DNA of 64,000 bases, taken from NCBI GenBank assembly GCA_977030845.1, contig OZ365116.1:18848001-18912000 (forward strand), in the 5' to 3' direction. This DNA is from Fimbriosthenelais zetlandica. Taxonomy: Eukaryota. Positions 39,501 through 52,400 of the stretch are shown here, piece by piece. Position numbers and translations under genes: made by a program. Below the pieces are notes generated by a model. It was not told where the DNA came from, ran no database searches, and was given only the letters and a program-made list of their open reading frames with translations. Within the stretch, counting starts at the first letter, position 1. Each line of letters starts with the position of its first letter.

Positions 39501-41064
39501 CCCAGAGCTGGGAGAGACATACCAAGTGGAATTAATATATTACTTGATTTTTAAATCGAAACACATTTCTAGAATACGACTGTCATCTGCATTATCATTC
39601 CCCTATTCATCTTAATCTAGCTTTGTTTTCGATAATCTTTTCTATAAAGAAATATTTTATACCTAAAAAATATTGACTGTTTTACACCTTACAATACATA
39701 TATATACCAGGGCAAGTTGCCCGTTGTTTTATAGCCTGTAAGTGGTGCTATAGTTAGAATGGGTCAAGAGATTGTTTGGTTTTGATTAGGGAAATCCCCA
39801 CATGAACATAGTGTCCCCCATACTATAGTATTTTGACCAGAAGGAGGGGTGTAACAGTTCTCGTCATGTCTGAGTGCCTCACTCCCTCCTCTCTATGGGA
39901 ATGAATGAAGTTATTCTTACCACACCTCGCCTGGCCCACATGTGGGGTCAAATTCACATAGGGTGTGAGCACGGGATGGGTGGAGTTAGCCATGCAAAGT
40001 GATCATAAGGGTGTGACTGAAACTGAAAAAAAATCTAGGCGGGCCAAGATGAAGCCTGCAGGTGAAATAGGTATATTGTTCGGGCGTGGACGAATATTGT
40101 CAGTATGGCAATTAAGTTGTCTGTAAAACCTATGGGCGTATGCCCCAAACTCACATAGACAGGGGAATCAGAAATTGTTCTGGGATTGCTGCTGAATCAC
40201 GTAACATTGGATGGATCATAGATATACCAATTGATACATAGAAACGTGCGTACAGGTACATTGAAGGTGAGAACCCTGATTTATATGTACATGTGTATGG
40301 GTAATTGTTGGTGGTTACTTTTGGTGTATGAGATATGGGCATTGGAAGCATCATATATAATGTATAGAGATATTGTGACTGGCCATGTCCTGTCAGTGAG
40401 TGGGAGGTAAATACACTGTATCAATACACACCTGTGTGAGACTGACCACCTGTACCAGCCCAGGTTATATCAACTCTTTATATCCATATACGTCATAATA
40501 TTCATTAGACAACTACCTCACAACTCATTAGAGACCAAATATATGAGGACAGGTGAATGTTAACAATAGGTCAATAATATATCTATTATCACATAATGCG
40601 GTTATCAGGAATTTACACTGATACCATGTGTCAATAGAAAACTAAGTGGGGATTTTCTATGGCGTAAAAGGTGCATGGGTATCAAGTACGGAATTGCCAT
40701 ATATTGTGGGTGAACTGGGGAAATTCTCCTTATCTGCATTCTATGTTTCCGTATTTTATGACAAATATTACCTATTGATATGAGGTGAAATATAATAGTT
40801 TTGAATGTATAGGAAGAGGATTGGAGGAATGACCATGAAGTGTTTTATTGGTCATAAATTTTCCATTCCAAACACGCAAAATAATTTGGGTGGAGATTTT
40901 TTGAGAATATACCTTCTTCCTTCATACGATATTTTGGGTAGAGGCCATGTGTTTGGACCGGTTGGCTTTGTAAGCATCATGTTGTAAGCTTGTTATGTAA
41001 AAATAGCTTGTTCGGGAGTGGAGCAAGTCTAGGAAAGATGGGCTTGGTTAGCAAGGCGGCTCTC

Positions 41065-41280
41065 AGCCAATCAGAGAGCGAGGCATATAAATAGCGCCTG
41101 GAGGTCGGTGGCGGTGTGAGTGGTAAGAGGCGAATGGCTACCTTCTCATTTCTCCACGGTTCCTACCATCTGGAAGGCTTTTTCTATAAGATTTAACCAT
41201 TGCCAAGCTTCGCATTCGTTCCAGCTAGAGAGGCAATGGTGTTTCTGAGTTGCCTGGACTGAAATTTTGTGGAAGTGAGT
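41065..41280 (+). promoter_or_regulatory. Proximal TENT5 promoter (CCAAT + TATA) and non-coding first exon
   Basis: AGCCAATCAG at 41065-41074, TATAAATA at 41086-41093, donor GAA|GTGAGT after 41274 and strong acceptor TTTTTTTTCCATTTCAG| before 41550. Confidence 0.65.
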
Positions 41281-41768
41281 GTTTATTTGTTATAAAACAG
41301 CAGGAGTAGAGGGTAGTGACGGCGGTCGAGGAGGCGCATATCAGTTGGGAGACCAGCTGTTGTGGTTGGGGATTGCACCGTATGGTTTTGGATAGTCAGC
41401 TGTTAAGTCATTGCCAAACGTTCTCAGATCGCCAGTATTTTATCAGTATTGCTCAATGTCCGCCTATCATGATTTCACAACCTTGTCCTAACTTATAAAA
41501 GCGGGATAACACCGAGTTGGACTTACAGTGTGTTTTTTTTCCATTTCAGGAGCTGTAAGCTGTGAATACCAGCAGCCCATGCACCTCAAGCACTCTAGGC
41601 CTATATCTGGACGCCAGAATTGCTACTATTGCAACACGAGGACCAATAAGTGACTATAGAAAAACTTAGCATTTCACCGTGCCCTAACATTTCCCATTGG
41701 GTGAAGTGCTTCCTTGAGGAAATTTTTGGTAGAAATTGTTCATTCTTCTAATCTTTTACTCTCAAGAC

Positions 41769-43031
41769 ATGGCGGCCTTGGAGTGTGCCAATCGTTTTCA
41801 AGTCCTCTGCTACGAGCAAGTGGAGAGGCTTCATGAAGTGATGCAAGACGCTGTCCCCGTCCACGGACGCGGTAACTTCCCAACCTTGGAAATCAAACTA
41901 AAGAATTTGGTCCAAGTCGTGAGAGAAAAACTAAAGACAGATGGAGTCAACGTCAGGGACATAAGGATAAACGGAGGAGCTGCCAGCTACATCCTCGGCA
42001 GTGAAAACAGCCAGAATTACAACGATCTAGATCTAATTTTTGGTGTTGATCTCTCAGGTCAAAATGAATTCCAGAAAGTCAAAACAGCTGTATTGAACTC
42101 TTTGCTCGATTTCATGCCTGATGGCGTGAACAAGGAAAAGATGAGTAGTTGCAGTTTGAAAGAGGCGTATGTCCAGAAAATGGTCAAAGTCTGCAACGAT
42201 TCGGACCGATGGAGCTTAATATCGCTGTCCAACAACAAGGGAAGGAATGTGGAACTTAAATTCGTGGACAGCATGAAGAGACAGTTCGAGTTCAGCGTCG
42301 ATTCATTCCAGATAATCTTAGACAGTTTGCACACTTTCTATGAGGTGTCACAAAGGCCCATGTCCGAACATTTTTACCCGACTGTCGTGGCTGAGAGTGT
42401 GTATGGCAATTTCCACGAGGCGCTCTATCATTTAAACAAGAAATTGATAGCCACCAGGAATCCAGAAGAGATCCGTGGAGGAGGACTTCTCAAGTACTGC
42501 AACTTGTTAGTCCGCGACCATCTCCCCGCCCACGACGTCGACATCAAGGCCCTTGAAAGGTACATGTGTTCTCGGTTTTTCATCGACTTCCCCGACATCC
42601 AGCAACAAAGGATAAAGCTGGAGAACTACCTGTCCAACCATTTCACAGGGGAAGACTACTTGAAGTATGACTATCTAATGACCCTGTACAGTGTTGTGGA
42701 CGACAGCACAATATGTTTAATGGGACATGAACGCAGGCAAACACTGAACCTCATCCAGCAATCCGCCTCCCAGATCCTCATAGAGCAGGAGACAAAAGCC
42801 TACAACAAGCAGCTGATCATGCAACAATTCGACCAACAGAATCTGGGTGCCAGCTTTGATCAGCAGAGCAATCTGATCATTGATCAAGTCTACTACGGGC
42901 CCTATTACACTGCTACATCAGACCAATACTTCAGCTATACATACTTGCCCAATGGGGCCACCACAACTTCAACGACGTATCAGGCATCCCCGTCTTGCCC
43001 ACTCTGTCCCCCATACCTTCAATGTTCATAA
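41769..43031 (+). CDS. TENT5: Terminal nucleotidyltransferase 5 (FAM46 family, non-canonical poly(A) polymerase), 420 aa, single coding exon
   Basis: Hallmark segments [96 protein letters not shown] and [11 protein letters not shown]. The first ATG is at 41769 (the track starts at a TTG at 41736). Confidence 0.97.
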   Translation: MAALECANRFQVLCYEQVERLHEVMQDAVPVHGRGNFPTLEIKLKNLVQVVREKLKTDGVNVRDIRINGGAASYILGSENSQNYNDLDLIFGVDLSGQNEFQKVKTAVLNSLLDFMPDGVNKEKMSSCSLKEAYVQKMVKVCNDSDRWSLISLSNNKGRNVELKFVDSMKRQFEFSVDSFQIILDSLHTFYEVSQRPMSEHFYPTVVAESVYGNFHEALYHLNKKLIATRNPEEIRGGGLLKYCNLLVRDHLPAHDVDIKALERYMCSRFFIDFPDIQQQRIKLENYLSNHFTGEDYLKYDYLMTLYSVVDDSTICLMGHERRQTLNLIQQSASQILIEQETKAYNKQLIMQQFDQQNLGASFDQQSNLIIDQVYYGPYYTATSDQYFSYTYLPNGATTTSTTYQASPSCPLCPPYLQCS

Positions 43032-45327
43032 TGGACCCATGTGTGACTTTATGACAATAGCAGTCCATAGTAAATGTAGACATTTTTTCTCTTCGGTGCC
43101 AGATTCCATATGTTACACCAGCGGACAGGGATGGATGGCTTTAATAACATCTATTGGTGTGATATTATATAATATAAAGGGTAATAAGACATAGACCTAT
43201 AATAGTCATAGTCATAGCTATGAAGCTCTCTCACATGAACTCTTACTACCGAAGTCAGTGGTGTAACATGTGAGATTAATGACAATGAGATGGTTTGTCA
43301 TCCTTAGGGGGAAAATGCTTCATTTATATTCCATAAGAGATGATATAAGTGATCTGTGAACTTATACACCATGGATCGTCAGAGGCGACTATCTGGCAGC
43401 TGTTAAAAGAGTGTTGCTAATGAGACACTCCTAAGTAAAAAGAAAAAAAATCTGGGATCAATGGACCCCTGGAATCCATACGTCTGAACTGTCATGATCA
43501 AGAGACATTTCAGGATATCTATAAAGAAATATCCTCTGCTTCTCTACTCTATGTACAAACTGTTCGCTCGCCATTTTCTCTGATTCATAAATTATGAATA
43601 GAATGGTAGAGACGATACATGGTACTGGTATGATGTACACCTGGGCTTTCCTTATACTATAACTGATGTGGGTACCATGTGTACAGGACGCGATCAAGAC
43701 AAGATGCTTCTAGCAAGGACAGTGGAAGTGTGAAGTATTGAACCCTAATCTGTCTGATGAGAAGACAGAGATAGGCCGCTGACATAACTGGGACAGAACA
43801 GTTATGATTGGACATAACCGTTATAACTGGGACATAAAAGTTCAGAGCAGCATCTTTGCAGCATCCAGAGTATGTCGTAAGTAGATCTAGTACAGGTTGT
43901 GGGGTCCAGATGTCTTTTTCCTTTAAAAATGGCTGTGTAATACATGGACAAAATACTGACAAGACTGCACGCTAGCTGTAGGATGAAAAAAGGGTTCGCC
44001 TCCTGACTTTATAAATTTTGAAAACCAGTTCTCCAGGTTTTCAGGGGATCACAGGCGAAGTAGGCAAAGCCTATTGTATTGTTTGCATTATGTATTGTGC
44101 GAGGAAGACAAATCAGCAGTATCAAGGTGAAAGCATGTATAGCTATACAATTGGCTATACATCGCCATTTTCTTAGAGACTAAATTTTTAAAATCTTTAA
44201 GGTATATTGATTTTCATTACAATATACATGTTTCTATTTAGCTTTCAAAAACCCAAGTTACGAAGGGAGTTTTTTCTTCTCATCTATATTGCCAAAGGGA
44301 AAAAACGACTTAATGCATATTATTGCCTTGAGTCGGAATTAATTACTTGTGTTTGTTAAAAATATTAATATGTGATCAAGTGCACCATTAGTTACAGGTT
44401 TGACTCAGAATAGAGATATCATGTTTTCCCACGTCTTAACACGTACTAATTTGGCGCATACACATGGACTAGTCTAATCGTCTTAGGCGCTGTTCATGGA
44501 TACCAAAGTCAATTTTTGTGCATTATTAATCAACGTTCTAAACGTTATCGTATAGGCCCGTCTAAATGCTCAAGTAGTATAGTCTATGATGATAATTACA
44601 GGTAGTGTTAAGAAAAGTTTTACATAGACTTAGTGTTTAAAAATATGTGACAAGCATTCCATGTCTATGTGTTCAAAGAATCAAAATTACACACAAAGTG
44701 TAGGGCTATTATATAATCTATGTATGCCAATTATAAGACTTCCATACTTCCTATGATGACAAAAGGTAACATGTACATTTATATATAAGAGTCAGTCAGT
44801 TGAATGTAACTGTGGGAATATCATGGTGCATTTGTCCAGTCTATGGTGATTCACTTTTGATTAGCATTGATATGTTATAATAATCACGATTCCAATCGTA
44901 TATCATAATGATCTATCAAGGTATTCTTTGGAATTTCAAATTATTGTATATCGATCAGTGTATCAAAAGAGAGGATATAGTCCTCTAGAAAAAAAAAGTA
45001 CAAAACGTGAAAAAAATAAGAGATGGTAAGAGTGGCTGCATAAGAGATATCACTTATGATTATGTATGATGGCAAAGTACTTTGGTTGATTGAATGCTTA
45101 AGTATGGACTTAGAAGTTTTAAGGGCGGAATTGCATTTATGAATTCAATATAGAACGCCATATATTTTGTTGAAAAACCAAAAAAAAAAAAGATATTTTC
45201 AATCATTTCCAAACAATATATTTTGACTGAACAATTTATCCAGTGAAAGAATTGACTTAGTATGTTGAATTCATAATGCCACAATAGTCTTAGATTATAT
45301 TAAGTCAAATACATTTGGAATACTTAC

Positions 45328-45383
45328 CGGTGATACATGGCTAGAAGGGGCTGCGATGCTTGGCTTGATCGCTCAGCACTCAT
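45328..45383 (-). other. Isolated 56-nt exon-like unit of an unidentified minus-strand transcript
   Basis: Acceptor GATTGTTTCAG| and donor CCG|GTAAGTA both match the consensus. A candidate downstream acceptor CCCTTTTTTCATCCTACAG| lies before 43975. Confidence 0.4.
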
Positions 45384-48300
45384 CTGAAACAATCAGGGGA
45401 AGATGTTAATTACCTTCATTATAGTTTCCATGGTTTCTTATGAAAGGGATGGTTCTGGGTTGGATTTATAATTTGTCTTTCTCTATTTATAGGAATAATC
45501 TAATTTGGTTTGTCTTATTTCGGTCATGGTTCACCAATAATTCTATACAAAAGTGGAAGCAGGGCAGCATTTATGAACACGAGACAAAGTGTATTTAGAC
45601 CCAATTAAATTGGAACGAAAATTATTTTTAATATTCTAGGACAAATAGTAGAATTACTCATGTATCAAAAGGAGGTTTTGGCGATAGTGCCAAATTATCA
45701 GCATATTTTATGGCAATATTGGCAGGGGAATCCAGTTTAATCCACCGAGATTACGCGAAATCCCGGATAAAGGATTAAATGATCAGTACCAATGAAATAA
45801 CTTTGTTCCTTTATCAAGTATTTAGACTTTAGGCCAGCAAATGTTGAAGAACTGAGTGAGCATTTTGTTAGGTACACGCAGGCAGGGAGAGTGAAACTAG
45901 AGATAATAGTTTACTTTTTTCAGGTAAACTATGAAGGAAGCCCCGGAGCAATAAACTGATTAAAAGTCCGGACAGATATTTTCCTCCTATAATAACATTA
46001 TTCTTTTTATATAGGAAGTAATTAAATCATTCTATGGATCTAGGTTGAAATGTTACAGAAGCTAGAATTCCGGAAAAGAACACTTAAATCATCACTGTAT
46101 ATTTTCCTAATAAAACCTTGAGTTCATCAAATTCCAAATTTCTTTATTACTCTTAGTTTAAGTAACCTATAGCCTTTAATAAAAGCTAACACAAGAGTTT
46201 GGGGTATGGGAATAATAGGAGTGAAATCTTGTTTCCCACAGTCACATAAAGAGCTTATTCACTAGCACTTGAATACTAACTTATGATGCCATGGGATTAG
46301 AACTTTATGTTATTGTCCGAAAGTTATTATGAAGTGAAACACGACCCTAGCAGGCCACAGCACATGCTCTCACCTGTCATTCAACAAATTACTCTCCTAT
46401 ATAATATTATATAGCAAAAATACATTAGGAAAGAGGACAACGAGGGGGTGGCCAAGAGGGGGGAGGAGGACACTCAATTACTGACTATGTTGTTGTGCTA
46501 TAGAGTCGGAGCATGAATCATTGAGTGTTAGGAAAAGCAAACAGCTTCCTAGTTAGAGGTTGGATCCCTACTCTGCCTGCACCCTCTGAACTGGCACGAA
46601 CTGGGCCGCTTGGAATCTGTTGGCATTGGCAGCAGGAGGAGAAGGAGTCGGGTATGGGTATATGGCCTGTGTAATCTGCTCAATTCTTTTAGGGAGGAAT
46701 GAGGCAAGGCCACTACCACTAGTAACAAGGCAAACAAATCGGAAAACATTTCATGTCAGGCTGTACCAGGTATATAGGAGCATGGAGGAGCTGTAGGGGT
46801 GGTACTTGGGTTCACAGATTTGGGAATCGCTTTGTTGAACATATATACAGGTGATTATCGATTTTCCATCATGATGAAATATTCATGGGAGCGGGGAGTT
46901 GTTGAGAAATAATGCGTCAGCAAGTAATGAGAACCTCTCTACATGGAATTTAATTAAACCACAGAACATTTCTTTTCGCTGTAGGCACGGGAAAAACTTC
47001 AATGTTTTTTTTCTTATCCTATCAAGTTTTGTGGTTACAAACCAGTGCCCCATTTTTTTTATTCATTAAAATATTTTAAGTAATAACAGAAAAAAAACCT
47101 TCAGATTAATATATGTACAAGTAGACTTAACAGTCAACCAAATGTGGAGAGGATAAAAATGTCCTTGGAGATTTTAACAGATTTATGACAATAGGGACCC
47201 ATGTGTTTCTCTGATCTCACGCATGTCACTCGTGGATTAATTTCCAAGCTAAACACACAAAAGACGCCGCCTTTAAGGTTGGCATCATAGGTTAGCACAG
47301 TTTAAGGCTTGCTGTGATTGTTTTTTACTCAAACAATTCATCAACTTCCGGGAGTATTCCCAGGGTATTTCCTTGCTCTGTCAGTGACAAAAATGAGGCG
47401 AGATTTATTCTGACACAGGTGTTTCTTTTCCCCTTTCTCTGTGATGGTTCAGGAAGAAGGGTCCTGCCCGACACACATGCGTGCACCCAACACGCGACAC
47501 TCGCTCCTCTCGCCGCCATAAATCCACCATACCTCAGCCTGCCTATTATGAAACTGTGGCTATTTTTTTTAGCTGTGAAGAATACACATTATTTTCTTTC
47601 GCCATGGGCGTTTTGTAAACCGTTCACGTGGCTCGATACCAACAACCCAGTGAGCTAAGCTTTCATCTCATTTTATTGGCTTCAGCTAAGGAAGGGGTTT
47701 GCATAAATACCCCATGGTCCCAGTACCTTAGAGAAAAAAATCTACCATGTTTGTTTTTTGTGAGTTCCTAATAGGTTGCTTACGTTCGGGACTAAGCATA
47801 ACATCCTGTTAAGCAGGCCAGGGTATTGGGCAGGAAAAAATATGATGTAAAGCTAAGGTACCGTATGAGGAGATTTGGCTGAGACCTGGAAGTCATTCAG
47901 ACCCATGAACATCCCACGATACACGTACAAGGGACGACTAACAACTCACATCCCATGGTCATATATCATATACATCCCTCTAGGATAGTGTACATAGCAG
48001 TTCATTGCTACCATGCCCCCCCTCTCTGGAAGTTTGAAAAATCGTTATTTGCAAAGAAAAAAATTCCAGTGAGATAAGAAATAAAGGAAACCCACAGGCA
48101 CAAAATAATGGACGCTTATCACAAAATATCGGCACAGAGCTAACATGGGGAACTATTCAGTCAGTGCATGCACCGGATTTTAGAGTGAAAAACACTGGTT
48201 CCAGTGGCGTTTTCCGGTAACCAGTCGGAAGCTCCTGCCGGCAGCTTATTTTTCCTCAAGAGAGAGCGAGTTACATGACACAGCAGCTCTCCCCATGTGT

Positions 48301-49389
48301 CATATTATCATGTCTGCTCAACAGTTGTCCCACTACAAAAACAATAGTCTGGCACCAATCTGACATGTATGCACTTACTTTATAAGTCACCTTCTAAGAT
48401 TGAGCCATACATTTTTTGTCTTATTTATAAGACAAGTCTTAAAATAAGACCTCTTATGGTATTCTTAAAACCAACTTCAAAAGTTGAACTAGCCAACCAA
48501 ATTGATACTTAAACGTACACCTTTAACATGAAGGTTAGGGTGAGTGGATGGTTCCAGCCTGTTTCCCTGTCTAACTCCTTCTGGCTATTTCTCAGTATTA
48601 CTTACTTCCTTTACGGTGCACCCAGGCCTAATTTCCAACCCTCTTTGAACAATGTCAGGCAGAACTAATGAATCACCCCTGGGTAATAAGATAGCAGTGG
48701 GTCTACACTCCCTGGATCCAACCTTCCAGACATTTGTGACATATCTTTTATTTAGAATTTACTGTGGACAATTGTATTTAGGGACAAGGGTTTACTCTGA
48801 AGCCGTAAAGCAGAGGCAGATCCAGGATGTACCTGGCCATTTTCTGCTATGCACAGTTGCGGACCATGCCCTCCTCACCCCCTCCCCCACCAACCCCGAA
48901 TACTCCCACCTATATGTATACCTTTGTATAGGATCCCACTGTCTCTTAGGCTTTTGTTGTCTGACTGATCATTTATTCTAACTCTCCCAATCGTGACTGT
49001 CGCCAGTGACATGTACCCTTATTACCTTACTCCCAATCACTATCACTCGTTTCTGACCCAATGTGGCCTTCAATCTAAGCCATATATAGCAAATATAAAT
49101 GAGTATGTCAGCTTTACAAGCATTCCCGATAAACATTAAATGCCAGTACTAGCAAATCTACAGCTATTGCATCTATTTAAAAAGCATTCCTAAGAATTAA
49201 CTGGTCTGAGTGAATATTGTATAGACATTTGAACAGTTGGATTGGATGGGTGGGGGTTTTAGTCTCCAACCTTATCACAGATAGATACAGGTACCTATTT
49301 TCGAGGACAGCGTTCTTGGTAGCACTAGTCTATAAGGTGCGTGCTTCCAAAATGGCATTGCCTCTTATGTTACAGTAGCAGGCAAATTA

Positions 49390-49402
49390 TGCTGACTCAG
49401 CA
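49390..49402. promoter_or_regulatory. Perfect Maf recognition element (T-MARE)
   Basis: TGCTGACTCAGCA, exact 13-bp consensus. Confidence 0.55.
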
Positions 49403-52400
49403 GTCTTATTTCATCAGCAGCCCAGACCTGGTTCAAGGTCAGGTATTGTATGTATGAACTGGAGAAGGGAGCGGGAGACAATACCTCCCCCCCCCCCCTC
49501 CACATCCTCCCCCTGCACGTGTAACACTCCCCTATCATAATAGTCCATCCACATTTCTTGGAAAATGGTCAACTGAATGATGTGTTACTTGAAAAGAGGT
49601 GATGCCTTATTGTGATGAATGCATGGGCCTTGGTTGTGGACTTCCAGGAGAGGGCATTGTTGTCTGACTGAAGGCAGTGAACCCTTGGTCACGCGGGAGC
49701 AAAGGGGAACACACAAGCCTCATCTAATTTAGTATGTTCCAAATGAAGGCTCCTCCCCGACCATGAATAATAATAGACACACAGGGAAACGTCAAGAATA
49801 TAGATAACATATAACTCTCAAAACCCCTAAATATATAGAGGCAGTTGAGAGACAGGAATTCAAAATGGCATGGACAAAGAAGAGCAGCCTTTGAATGGGA
49901 ATTGAAAAGGAATGCAAAAGGCAGGAGGAAATTGGTATGGCAACAGAAGCCTATGAAAGCGATGCCAAGGAGGAAAACATGTGTGAACTTTAATATCACC
50001 AGCTTCCATGTGTGTCATAGGTCAGCCTGAAAATTGTCACTCAAACCCACTCACATGTGTGGGCTGACAGATATTACCTCATCCCTGCCAAATTCAGTAC
50101 TTCCATGAAAGCAGTCCAAACTTAAAGAAAAAGCCTCTCTATTTCAAACTTATGTTGGATCTAAAAGTACAAGTCTTTTTTCACTTGGCTCTATTAGCAC
50201 ACAGTGATGTGAATTTTTATCGGTCTCCATAGAGCTGTGATGTGCACATAGCTCTGGGAGCAAAGGGTTAAACCTTCTCACTATTGGTACACGCTCTGCC
50301 AGGATTGTATTATCATTGCCAAATTGCTGTCATAATTGTGATGGCCAAGTGAGAGGCTCCGATGATCTATAGCCTGCTTCTATTGTGACTTTCAGCGCCG
50401 AGGCCTTTCAAAGGTCAGTAGCCGCCAATTGTGAAGGGTAACATCAAAGATGCTTTTGTCACCTTTATATATTATACATGGTGAGCATCCCCAGCCTGAC
50501 TCTATGGGATCACATTGGTGGCCCTGATCAATATAGATTATGACTTGACAAATCTGTGTGTAGCGAAGTGAGTATGAACCTCACTTCTAATAGCTCATTG
50601 ATTGAATATTCAGGCAAATCACCAATATATGTAAACGACTCCAAAAATCAAGGTTTCCAATATATGAAATAGCCGGAGAACTTTTAATGTAATGCATCTA
50701 CTCGTGTGTCCAAAATAGACTGAACATGAAATACAATATATGGATAAATACATGGTGTAACTATTGAGGAGATGTATTTAGTATCATTAATGATTCATTG
50801 GTCATTTGAGGATGTTAAATAGACATGTATGTCCACGTCCTAATGACTTTATGATCCATGTTCTCATATTCAACAGACCATCGAGCGCTGGTCGTATATG
50901 ACAGGTATAAACTAACAGGAAGCCATCTCCTGGCTGTACTAACTGTAGCCATTAAACCATCCCTCTCTCACTGTCATTCCCTGCCACTATTTTTTACATT
51001 TGTCTTGTCTGCACGGAGCGTCAAGCAGGAGGAGAATGACGTAGTGAATGTTTGTTTGAGTGAGTGATGACTTGTGTGTTTTACCTGGCGTTACCATGAC
51101 TACTGGTCAAAGCCGCGTCTAACCTTTACATATACATGTCACCTCACTCAGTCACATCTCAACCATGGCGGGGCAAGGGCGAGAAATCACATTTTTGGAT
51201 GATATTTCCAAGGAAAAATCTCCAAATAGAACTGAACAATGGGAAATTACCACAATTCATATGAGCTATGAATAGAGGTGAAGTTTTCCTTGGAAATGAT
51301 TCTATAATTAAATGTCAGGGCTATAGGTTATTTTATCATGAACATTTCTCCTAAAAAGAAACTGATTAGTGGATTGATATAATACTTAAAGGTGGATTGA
51401 GGATCAATGCAAAGTTAGACCTAGTGGTTTGTATACTAGACTAACCATAGTGTATTGTAAATGCATTGTTGAAGTAGCCAGGCTGTGGATCGTAGAGCAC
51501 CAAGCACTTAGAGATGTGAGTGTCGCCTTCCCCAAACGCCTACACAATCCAGTCTTGATGTCTAGCTTTGCTCCACTCAGCATCGACCATGTATGCAATT
51601 GTAACCCAAGTCTGAGAGCTGTCTCACGTTTAGGCCAAAGTAAACCCTCTTACTGTTTCTCCAAACACATCACCTCTAGAGTAATGCTCACAAGCCGTAT
51701 GATAAGCTATAATTTCGGAATTTTCGATCTGATGCTGCACTAAAAAACTCAGCTATAATAATTTAGTTATTCTGCATTACTTTCTGGTTGCAAGTTATGA
51801 ACTGGATTCCCTGATTACTCATACTTTTAGCAGGGGACAGCATTGCATTACACACACATCCCATGAATCACTGGATCTAGTGATAATTTACTGAGCCACC
51901 AGACGTGGCTTGTGACAAGAAGCACTTGTAGGCCTAGCCTCGATACAAACGTGTACTTGGACGTACACGACACACACTGTATCTGATTTCCAAATAGTTT
52001 ACTGCGAGGCGCACGCTCGTCGATCCCTCCTAGCCATCACTTCCTCTCAAGGCAAACCCTCTGTCAGCCTCCCGCTCCCTGTCCAGACACATATCCCCAA
52101 TCTGGAGGATGTATACTCTAACTCTTTCTGACATGGCATGACATCTTTTTACTGGCACATTTTTGGATATTTTTTCTCTATCCCCATCCTCTCAGACTGA
52201 GTTGTATACTAATCTTCATAAATTGACCATTCAGGGAATCAGTAACTGTAAGTGAAGGGTGCCAATCATAATTATTCACTGAAATAACTTGTTTTCGGAT
52301 GACCCCTGTCACCCACCTATTTTAATAGACTCAATTTCGCCCAAGAAAAACTAAATTGCCTCATACACCAATTCATCAGGGTATTTTGTCTATTAAAAAG

